A DNA stretch of 64,000 nucleotides, from positions 1 to 64,000 of the forward strand of contig JANOAV010000122.1 of assembly GCA_031411295.1 (NCBI GenBank), given 5' to 3'. The position numbers and the translations under genes are program-made. Below, piece by piece: positions 1 through 10,900 of this stretch. The notes under the pieces are model-generated. The model made no database searches and had not been told where the DNA came from. It was given only the letters and a program-made list of their open reading frames with translations. Within the stretch, counting starts at the first letter, position 1, and each line of letters begins with the position of its first letter. This stretch comes from Verrucomicrobiales bacterium. GTDB lineage: Bacteria; Verrucomicrobiota; Verrucomicrobiia; Verrucomicrobiales; V1-33.

Positions 1-554
1 AAAAGCCGCCGCGCTCATACCGCCAGCTTGCCAAGCGCGAACGAAAGTATCTTGAGTAGAGAGATCGTAAATCATCCAGCAAGCTACCGCCACCCGCCGC
101 CAAGGCCAGAAAGATCCGACGGTGCTTGGTCAATGGCTTACAAAGCACCGACGCAAGCACTTACCTAGCTTGGAAGGCTACAGAAATTGCCCTCGGAGAC
201 GGCCGAGTCCTCCTCTTGGAATACACCGATTAGGTAGGGTTCATCGAACAAATCCGCAAAAATCCGCAGCCAAGAAAAATCTTGGCAACGCGGAGCAGGA
301 GAGCTATGCTCGCGTATCTCAAAATCCAACATGAAGCGCCCCGTCAGCCCATGCAGAGCACCATTATTGACCCCACGAAGGCCGGGCACCCCTCTGATTC
401 ATCCTTTTTCCTTCATCATTCCTCCTTACCGCACCCCTCTCTCCCCCCAAGACCTCCTCACTCCCCGATTACGGTCGCTAATCAACGCTCCCCTGAAAAA
501 GCAAATTCCTATCATACAGACAAATTCCTATCAGACACACACACCGCGCTTTCT

Positions 555-3500
555 ATGAACCTCTGCTTGCCCAACCGCCTTCCCATTTTCACGATGTTTC
601 CCTTGTTTGGTTTCATTCCCTTGGTGCGGGGTGAAGTTTCTGTCTGGGGAGGGGGCATTGGCTTTAGCGATGTAGCAGCGAACTGGGTGGGCGGGGTGCT
701 GCCTCCCCCAGAGAATACCATCACGGTGAATGCAGGGAAGCTGAAAGGACGCGGACTGGAGGCGGTTAAAATTGAAATCGCTGCCGGCGCGGAGGCCTAC
801 GCCTGATCCCTGGCCGGAGTGGGCATCACTCTGAACTCTAATTCCTCAGACATCCCCCAGTTCATTAACGGAAAGTTTTTTGTCGGCGACGGGACCGGCC
901 CTGGCATTTTAAACCTCGCCTCCGCATGTTACTTCAAGGGCAGCGGGGAGTTCGTCATGGCCGGGCCGCTCAGCAAGATTGAGGGGCAGGGACAATTCAT
1001 CATGGGGCAGGGAATGACTATGAGAGGTCAGGGGACCATCTCCACGAGTTTTTATGCCAACGCAACGGTGTCGGCGGATGTCTCTGGCGGCACTCTGGAG
1101 ATTAACTCGCCCACGGTCGCCACGCTGACCCATGGGCTGGCCGTGAATGGGGGCAAGCTCCTCCTCTCCGCCCCGGCAGTGGAGGGCATTTCCAACATCG
1201 GCCCCGACATGCAGATCATCACCACGCCCACCATCCTGGAGGCGCGCGCTGGCTCGGAGGTCATAATCACTACTGGAACCCAGCTCAAGGATCCGAAGTT
1301 CATCAAGTCCGGTGGGGGCGTGATCACTATTCAGGGTGACATATATGTTGAGCGTGCGGCATTCAATGGGGACTATCCCATGGCAGGCACGCTGGTGGTG
1401 ACCCGCGAGGTGAACCTCGCCGGATCGCCCGCAGGACGCCTCATTTTCACCGGCGACCCGACTCAGGATCATGGATTTGCCTATCTCAACGATTTCAACG
1501 GCGACTTAGTGTCAGACGGTCCGACGGTGATCAAGGGGGGGGAAATCGTGTTGAACGATACTTACAGCTCCCTCCGGCCTTTGCGGACTTGGGCGGCATC
1601 TGGATCACACGGAGTGCGGCTGGAAGGAGCCACAGTGCGGGGCCGGGGCGATATCGATGGGCATGTGGATCTGAGCACCTTCGACAGTCAACTCATCGCA
1701 GACAATCCTTCCAATGCCCTGGCGGGCGATCAGAACGCCAGGACGCTTTACGTCCGGTATTTTAATGTGGACAACCCCGGCATTGAAAACGCAGGCGTGG
1801 TGGGAGCCACCAATGGCGGCTATTTGCTCATGGAAGGACTGACTTTGAATAACAAAAGTGATGGGGGAGTGGATGGGAACGGCGTTCCCCACCAGGTGGG
1901 CTTTCTCCTCGCCAATCCCAACTCCCACATTCAAATGAACGGCTGCGAGCTTCATCATGGCGCGGTCAATGTGGCGGCCTCGACTTCGTCATTTTCCTTC
2001 CTCAGCGGAAAACAAATTGGCGGAACCAACGACGTCATCGCCTTCAACGGCCCTGGACGCATGGAGATCAACGGCTCCATGACCGGCCAGTTGTTCGCCA
2101 CGGCGGGAAGCACGGTGCATATCGAAGAAGTCTACTTCAGTGGCAATTATGCCAAGGGCGATCTGCTGTTGAACGGCCCGGGCAGGTTCATCTTGAATGG
2201 CACCTCCTTGACCGGGAGCGGCCTCCCGGATTCCGATGATACCCTGACCCTGAATGGCACGATGGATGCCAGTGGCCGTCTCTACAATCTGCCGATCCAT
2301 ATCCGGCCCAACGCAACTATGTCTGCGCTCAGGATGAACGATCAAATCCTGAACGTCAGCACCCACATCCTCAACGAAGGATTGATCATCGCCGGCCCCG
2401 GTGACTTCCACCGCCTGCTAGTGGAGCAGGGCGGAGTGATTGAGAATGTCAATTCCGGGCACATGATCTTTCAGGGGGAAATGCATGTCTCCGGCACCAT
2501 CAAAGGAGGCTTGATTGAGGCCTTCAAGCCCCTCCGCTCCTATGCTGGCACCCTGGAAAATGTTACGATCAACAAATTGGGCAACCCCACCCCTGCGGTC
2601 GAGGTCGCCACCATGATGACCCTGCGGGGCACCATTTATAACAACGCGATCATGCACGTCGAACCTACCACCCGCATCGAACTCGATGGTCCCGTGGTGT
2701 TGGACAACCAGGACAATCTCTTCGGTCGGGTAGAATTGCCCGCAGGGGCCTACATCGACGACACCGATGACAGCGATCCCACCCTGACGGTGGGACCCCG
2801 CCAGACCATCCTCGCACGGAGGACTGCCGAACAGGCTGGTGGGTCTCCCGGAGATTATTCGACGTATATTTACGTTCCGGTGCACAACAATGGCACCATC
2901 ATTGCAGACGCCATGGTGCTGAAATTCCAAAAGCAGCCTTCCGGCAAGGGGAGATATTCCGTCATCAATGGCGGCGAGCTTCACAACCTTTCCCCATGGA
3001 ATTCCGTCGGCGTGTTCTGGGAACAGACCGTCCAGGTCGTGAGCGGATTATTCAAATTGGACACCACCAATGGCATGACCATCCGAAACGCCACCATCGG
3101 CGCGGACCTTCCGGCTGGCCTGGCAAACCTCGGCGTGCCCGCAGGAGCCAGCATTGTCGCCGTGGGCGGGGGCAACATCGTCGCCAATGGCGGAGGCAAT
3201 ATCGTCGCCAATGGTGGGGGCAACATTGTCGCCAATGGCGGAGGCAACATTGTCGCCAACGGAGGAGGCAACATCGTTGCCAACGGCGGTGGTAACATCG
3301 TCGCCAATGGCGGCGGCAATATCGTAGGTTCCAATGCCGGAGCCATTGTCGCCAATGGCGGCGGCAACATCGTCGCCAATGGAGGGGGGAACATTGTGGC
3401 CATCGGAGGGGGGAATATTGTCGGCTCCAATGCAGGAGCCATCGTCGCCAATGGAGGAGGCAACATCATTGCCAATGGGGGCGGGAATTTCACCGGCGGT

Positions 3501-4430
3501 GCCCCACTCGCCCGCGCGGGTGGCGGGATCATCCCCATGGCTGACCCCACTCCTACCGATGCCAAGGACCTGGCCCATCTCTATGTCGGCAGGAACGGCT
3601 CGGTGGAGGCACCCGCCGTGCAGATGCAGAACAACAGCGTCTTTCACCTCACCGACATCCCGGATGGCGGCAATCCACCGGAGGCACCGAACAACACCAC
3701 CACGGGAACTGTCATCGGCAACTTCCAGTTGGAGCCCGGCAGCGAAATGCAAATCCAGATCGGCAGCCGCGCCGTCGGTGGGCATGACCAATTACACGTC
3801 ACCGGCACTGGCACCCTCGCCGGGCGCTTGAACGTCTGGTTCCTCAATGCCTTTCATCAGCAAATCAATGCCGCCGATGTGTTCACCATCGTCACCACCG
3901 ACACCGCCCTTACCCCCAGCTTTACCAATCTCACCTCCGGACGGGTCCAGACCTCCGATGGCCGGGGCAGCTTTGCCGTCGTCACCTCCATCGATGGCAA
4001 AAGCCTCCTCCTCCAGAATTATCAACCCGCCAGCGTCCCACCATGGCAGGCTTGGCTGACCGCCAAAGGCCTCCCCACCAATGCCGATCCCCTCGGCAAT
4101 CCCGATGGAGACTCCCTTCCCAACGTCCTGGAATTCTCCCGCGGCACGCATCCCACAACCCCGGATGCCTTCTCCTCCTCTGGCGCCACCCTCACCCTGG
4201 TGGACGGCGTGTGGGAAGCCACCTTCCGCCGCTATCCCGCAGAGCGCTCCGTCCTCATCCACGGACTTGAAATGAGCACCAACAACACGACCTGGACTCC
4301 CCTCGGCAGCCCCGCCACCGTCAAAGTCCGTCATGTCAATGACCAGACGGAAGAAGTGATCACCCAAGTGCCAGCCGCGCAAGCCGGAGGCAAGCTCTTC
4401 ATCCGCTCCCGCAGCTCCGTGGCACCCTGA
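555..4430 (+). pseudogene. Large secreted beta-helix (autotransporter-passenger-like) protein with octapeptide repeat and verrucomicrobial C-terminal module; interrupted by one in-frame TGA at 804-806 (pseudogene, readthrough or sequence error)
   Basis: ATG555 opens a signal-peptide-like N-terminus (...FPLFGFIPLVRG|EVSVWGGG...AANWVGGVLP) in the same frame as the 1203-aa ORF 819-4430; only TGA 804-806 separates them. G/N/T-rich beta-strand repeats, 'HDQLHVTGTGTLAGRLNV' motif, C-terminal 'WQAW...NPDGDSLPNVLEF...KLFIR'. No beta-barrel seen. Confidence 0.7.
3153..3488 (+). repeat. Intragenic 24-nt / 8-aa tandem repeat, 14 units (12 IVANGGGN-type, 2 IVGSNAGA)
   Basis: Read directly in translation; Gly codons vary between units. 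Confidence 0.97.
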
Positions 4431-4510
4431 GGGAACCTCCCCCGCCCCTTCGGCAGGGATTGATCCATCCGCCCGTCCTGCAACGGCGGCAGCAGCCTCA
4501 TTTCTTAAAA

Positions 4511-4712
4511 ATGCATGAGCCGGAGGTCGGATTGCATGGAAAACAGTGCCCACTGCATCGACTTTACCCCTGATTGCATCAACTTTTGGTCTGATGGCAT
4601 CAAGTCTAGGCCACATTTCACCATGCAATCTCTTCCCCAGTCGATGCAATCTGAGTTTCATCTGATGCAATCGAGGGACCTGCTGATGCAACCAGGCCTT
4701 AATGCATTGACA
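4511..4712. repeat. Intergenic 21-bp-periodic motif array in mirror orientation (GATTGCAT-like x5, then ATGCAATC-like x4)
   Basis: TGCAT cores at 4512, 4533, 4554, 4575, 4596 (GGCAT); ATGCAA(T/C)C at 4623, 4644, 4665, 4686; spacers non-identical; TTGACA at 4707-4712. Confidence 0.85.
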
Positions 4713-4904
4713 AAAGACAGAGAAATTAATACTTGTGCCGCAGAGAGCCTTATAAAGGCCAAATATCCATTATCATCGCGCCAAGAAAACCTCCCAGGTA
4801 TATAATTTCCAGATGTTTCATAACTAAAGCATGCAGAACGCTAGGGTTTATGTTAGTTTCCAGAATTACTGTATTTGAATCGTTTTTGACTCTCTCCCCA
4901 ACGC

Positions 4905-7900
4905 GTGATGAACCTCCGCTCAGCCTACCCAAGCTTTGTTACCGTGATTGCCCTGCTCTTTTGCCAGGACGCACTCGCTAATCTAGATCAAAAGGCCACC
5001 GCCATTACTTTTGACGACGAAACCATCGCGCGGTTGATGGCCCGTGCCGCGGCCAATCAGCCTCTTTTCCAGAAGGATGACATTGCAGGGGTCCTTGTAA
5101 AGACCACGCCAGGACCCGGCAGTAACACGGGCATGGGGGGCTACCTGTCCTTCTATTTGCCCCCCGGAACTCAGGTGGTGGAAGCGGAATATCTCCAACC
5201 GGGAAGCGGTGGAACGCTAGCCCCCTCGCCCATCAAAGGCCCCGCAGTGGCCCCGCTGGGCAACGGCCCGATCGCTGCGAAAACCACGACGGCCCTGAAT
5301 GGATTGAACTGTGGTCCGAACTTGCTGGGAATCACATCTGCTGCCGTGACCACCATTGGTGTGCACCGCGGAACCCTGGCTGGTTTGTATGCGGATACCG
5401 GAATTTTTTACGCGACCGATGCCAGGACGGCGTGGCAGAGTTTTACGGCTAGCGGTGGATTCGATGGCAATGTTGCCACGAGCGATAATCTGCTGACCAA
5501 CTACCGAGGTGAAGCCTCCGTCCCGGTAACAAAATGGGACCCCATGCAATTGATCGGTTTTGGATTGTCCGCCCCAGCTTCCCCTGTGATTGACCCTGAT
5601 GGCCGGGGAAATTTACCCTGGGGTCTGGGCAGCGTGGTGGCCGGCCCAGAGTCGGGCTATGGATATGCCTTCAACCGGGATTACTGGCAGGCCAACCCCA
5701 CCGACCCCAATCGGATGAAGAATTCCATCACCCCGGGACCCTGGCGGCGGATCGGCTATGCCGGAAGTCAGGCGGGAAAGGACAGTCCGGGTTTGAGTTC
5801 TTCAGCGCTGGGATTTGTCGGCGTAAATGTTGCGGGCCAGGGATATGATTTTCAGATCAATTCCTCTAAATCGACCCAAGATCTGTTGCGCTATGGCAAC
5901 CCCCTCCCAGCCACCTTGAATCTGACCGATGCGACGAGTCCCAAGGCACTGCGTTTCTCCGTGGGGAGTCTGGAACTCTCCCGTCCTGAATACGCTCGAG
6001 TGCGCCTGCGGATTCTAGCCAACCGGGGGCAGCCTGGCTCCCCTTTCGACGCAGCCGGAGGCTTGGTTCTGAATTCCGATGCCTTCAGCAGTGATTCCGG
6101 TGGGGAAAATGGTGGCCGTCATCACGCCTGGCGTTCTTATAAACCGTCCACCGTCTCAGTGAATTTCGCAGCCATGCTGCAAATGACTGGTTCCAAGCCG
6201 TTCGTGGCCGTCGGGGAGACCTTTACCTACCGCCTCACAGCCATCGCTGCTGGCACGAACGCCCTGAATGCGGTCACGGTCACTGGGGTTCTGCCCGCGG
6301 GGCTGAGTTTTCTTAGTTCCACCCCGCCGCCCACTTCTTTGGCTCCCCTGACATGGACGTTTCCCGCCCTTGATCCCAACAAACCTGTGGCTAATCCACC
6401 GGTCCGCACCATCACCATGAATGTAAAGGCCACAGGGGGTGGAACTTACACCTCCTCAGCCACCTTGGCCGCCACCGGTGGCATCACGGCCAGCGCCAGC
6501 GAGAGCACTCTGGCTGGTATGGCGCCACTGTTGATCACAGACCTGGCCGCCACTCCCTCCTTCGTCGTGCCTGGTGCAACTGTCAGTTATACGCTGATCA
6601 TCCACAATTACGGTTCCGGACCGAGTGCGTCCCCATTGGTGCTAAAAGACCAGCTGCCCACGGGCTTTTCCTTTACGGGACTCACTAGCAGCCTGATCAA
6701 CGGGGCCACCCTCCCGACCGGTGCCGTGAAGATCACCGCGCCCACACCCGACAAACCAATTTTCACGGTCTCTGGAGCGATCGCTGCTGGTAAGAGTCTG
6801 CGTCTCACCTTCAATGCCCTGGTCACAAACCTGGCGGACGCCGGGACCTGCGGTAATGCCTTTTCTGTCCTGCAGAACGGAAGGGAAATTTCCTCACCCT
6901 CGCTCGGACTGGTTACTGTGGGTGGGGGACGGCTTGGCAATACGGTCTATCGTGATTGGAACGGCAACGGAATCCAGGACACGGGCGAGGAGGGCGTGAC
7001 CGGTGTCAGCGTGCAGTTGCTTTTCGCGGGTGCGAATGGGACCTTCGGAAATGGGGACGACGTCCTCACGACCGCCGTCACTGACAGCAATGGGAAATTC
7101 CTGTTCACTGGGCTTGCCGCTGGCAACTACCGCACCACAGTGCCCACTGCAAATTTCAACACTGGCCAGCCTCTCACCAGCTACCTGCCCACCGGAGATG
7201 CTGATGGCACCGCCACTCCCAATCAAGCCACCACCTCCTTGACCACCAATGAAGTTAAACTGACCCAAAATTTTGGCTACCGGTTCAACTCCCTGAGTCC
7301 TAATGCGGCATCAATTGGGGACACCATTTTTTCCTACGAGAATAACAATGGCATCGAAAATATTGGGGAGCCGGGCATCCCCAATATTACGGTGGACCTC
7401 TATGAGGACACCAATGGTAATGGCGTGATCAACGCGGACGATGTCAAAATTGCCACCGTTTCCAGTGCCGATGGCATTATTGGAGATTTGAATGGAGATG
7501 GAGAAATCGATCCCGAGGGGTATTATCTCTTCAAGGGCCTGGATCCCATGCGCAAATATATTGTGGATGTGGATTCGGAAGATCCTGAATTCATGACCGC
7601 CTTTGGCCGCGGTCCGCATCCCAGCACCCCAGACAAGGTGGCGGTGGGGGCGTTTACAGCGGGTTTTTTTGACGCCGCGGACTTCGGGTTCTTCGGCGGT
7701 CCTCCGGCCAGCATTGGGGACCAGATTTACATCGACACCAACCGCAACAACGTTTACGACCCGGGGGACCTCCCGATCGCGGGCTTGACCCTGAAACTTT
7801 ACTTGGATTCCAATGGCGATGGCATTGCCAATGAATCCGTGGCGGCCACGCTGGTCTCTGATGCTTCCGGAAGGTATCAGTTCACGAACCTTGGTTCCGC

Positions 7901-10900
7901 AAATTACATCGTGAAAATCGAACCGACGGACCCCGCCATTCCCGTCGCCACCATTCCGCTCGTCACCCAGCAATTGGCTACGGTGCAAACTGGAGACGAT
8001 TACGCTGACGCAGACTTCCATTTTGTGCGTCTGCTGGAGAAGGCGGTGGACAAGTCCTTTGCTACGGCGGGGCAAATGCTGCGTTACACCCTCTCACCCT
8101 ACTATCCCGGCAGCAGCAGTCTGAGTAATCTGATCGTGACCGATATCATCCCGTCAGGTGCCACTTATGCCGGCGGTGCCAGCCCGGTCCCCACCGCGCA
8201 ACCCTCGATCGGTGGCACCGGCACCGTCCAGTGGAACCTGGGATCCACTGTGGCCGCAGTATCCGGAGCGATCATCAGCCCCGGTTATGCCCCCACCGCC
8301 GCTACCCAGACCACCACGGCCCAAGTGGTCGATTCCACAATTGAGGAAGGACGTCTGACCACCAATAACGGCACCAACAACGAAATTAAAACCAGACCTG
8401 AAACGGGCTCACGCAAGGCCGCGTTGATCAGTTTCAGCCTGCCCACCCTAACCGCGACAGATCTCATTGACCGGGCCGTGGTGCGCTTGACCGTTTCCAG
8501 CGCCAGATCAGCAAACCATACCGTTTCCCTGCGCGCGCTGAACACCGCCTGGACTGAGGGCACCGTAAGTTGGGGGGACACCGACGGTGTCGGTGCCGGG
8601 GACTGGACCACCACCGGCGTTTTCGGAACTAACGATTACGGAAGCCTCTCCTACGGCAGCTACAATGCCCCTTTCAAAAAGGGGCAGACGCTGGAATTTG
8701 ACGTCACCAACCTGGTGCGCGGCTGGCGGGACGGCACCATTCCCAACCTCGGGGTCGCGCTGGTCGCCACCGGAACTGACAACGGTGACTTGGGCTTCTA
8801 CAGTTCGGAAGGACAGAGCGCCGGCGTCAAGCCGGGACCTCAATTGGTGGTGGAATACTCCTCCAGTGGAAACGTCACCAATGCCACTTTGCTGGATGCG
8901 TTCGCCAGCGCCAGCTACGCCCTCAACGCGGGAACCCGCAATTGGACGGGCGGATGGATCGAGACCGGTGATGACGGAGATCCCGGTGGAGGTAAGATCA
9001 AGATCAGCGGGGGCACCATGACGATCGCGGACACCCTCAATTGTTCGGTCAGCCGCCAGGCCAACCTAAGCGGGGCCACCGCAGCAGCCATCGAATTCAA
9101 TCTCACCGCCAACTCACTCGACAATTTTGCAGACCAAATCGTGGCCCAGGCTTCCAATAACGCCGGCTTATCCTGGGTGACTTTGTTGAACATGACCCTG
9201 GGCACACCACTGGGACTGAAATCATTCGATCTCATCAGCGCGCTGGGCTCGGTGGGGCCGAACACTCTGGTCCGCTTTGCCCGCATCGGGGGCGGCGGGG
9301 CGGGGAAAAACATTCTGCTCGACAACGTCAAGATCACTTTCAGCACTCCTGCCGGTGCCACCACCGCCACCACGATGGCGGCGGACACAGCCTTGGCGAC
9401 TGGCACCCGGGACATTGCCGTCACCATGACGGTTACCTCCAGTGTCAGTGTCACCGTCACGCCCCCGCCAGCACTTACGCTCACCGCAACCGGTGGCGCC
9501 ACCGCTGTGAAACTGAGCGGCCCTACTCCCTCCTCCGCCAGTGCTTCACCCACGGGCACCACCTTTACCTACCATTACGCTGTGAGTGCGGGCACTAGCA
9601 TTGGATCGGTGCGCTTCAGTGGCACGCCAACCGGGCCGGCCGGTTTCTCCTTTGCCGTGGCCTCGTCCCAAAGCGTTCTCACCACGGCTCCACTTACGTT
9701 TGCCTCAACCGTCAATACCCCGGCGCCCCTGCCGCCGGTTAGCAATATCGCGTCACTCAGTGGCACCGGACTCCTGATTTCATCTCCTTTGGCAGTGACT
9801 GCCACCACCGCCTCCATTGGCGACACCGTCTGGGCCGACCTGAATGGAAATGGAATTCGCGATGCCGTAGAGCCAGGGCTTTCTGGAGTAAGCCTGCGGG
9901 TCTATGCGGATGCCAATCAGGACGGCTTGCCGGACGGCCCGCCGGTGGGAACTGCGGTCACGGATGTGGCTGGGAAATATCGCCTCTACGGACTCTCCGC
10001 CGGCCATTACTTGGCGGGCTATGACTTTACCACCGTGTTGCCACTCTCTCTGCCCACGACCCCGGTCTACATCCCCGTTTACAATCTGGCAGCATATCAA
10101 CAGTTCTCAGGAGCCAACTTTGGCGTGCATCCGCCGCTTCCGGCAGGTAGCCCGCAGGCATGCACGGTGGGGGATTCCCTGTGGATTGATGCTGACCTCA
10201 ACGGATTGTCCGACTCATGGGAATTGCCCCTCCAAAGTATTCCCGTCAAAATCTACGCGGACGTTAATAACAACGGACTGGTGGATCTGGCCGATGCCCT
10301 GCTGGCCAGCAGCACAACGAACACCACCGGACAATATGCCTTCGCCGGGCTCCAAGCCGCCAGATATCTGGTGGACGTGGTGGAGACGGCTCCGGCCTTC
10401 CCGGCCGAACTGCTGCTGGGCAGCGGGGGGGCCAACTTAACCACCGGTCTGCTTGCCATCAATCCCACGAGTGGAACAGTCGCAGACATGGCAGACTTCG
10501 GCTACGCCTACGATGGCAGCATCACTGGCGTCATTTTCCGGGATGATAATTCCAATACGCTGCGCGGACCGGGTGAATCCGCCGCTGCCAATGTGGAAAT
10601 TTTCCTCTACCCTGACACCAACGCCAACGGCATCATTGATCTTGATGAAGTGCCCATCGCTGAGACCATGGCCGATGCCGCAGGCCTCTACACCTTTGCC
10701 AAACTTCCCCCGGGTGCCTACATCGTGAATGTGGACGAATCCACGGTGACCACCGCCACCGGCACCACTGGTAGCATGGTGCCCACCGCCGGATCGCAGC
10801 GCATCATTTCTCTCAGTGCCTTGGAACACCGCACGGGAGTCGATGTTGGCTTCGTTGAAGGATCGGTGGTCGCAGGTCTTATCATCCACGACGCCGATGG

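Noticed and set aside
1..550. Possible decayed gene in frame +3 (…TYLAWKATEIALGDGRVLLLEYTD*VGFIEQIRK…)
   Set aside because: Several stops, no recognisable family, cut by the window edge.
2981..3791. Repetitive alternative-frame ORFs (PPPLATML, DDVASAIG, QWRRQHCR repeats)
   Set aside because: Other-frame readings of the IVANGGGN repeat; third-position variation fits the + strand frame.
4511..4712. CRISPR array interpretation of the periodic motifs
   Set aside because: Conserved part is only 5-8 bp with a 21-bp period and the orientation flips midway; no cas genes in the window.
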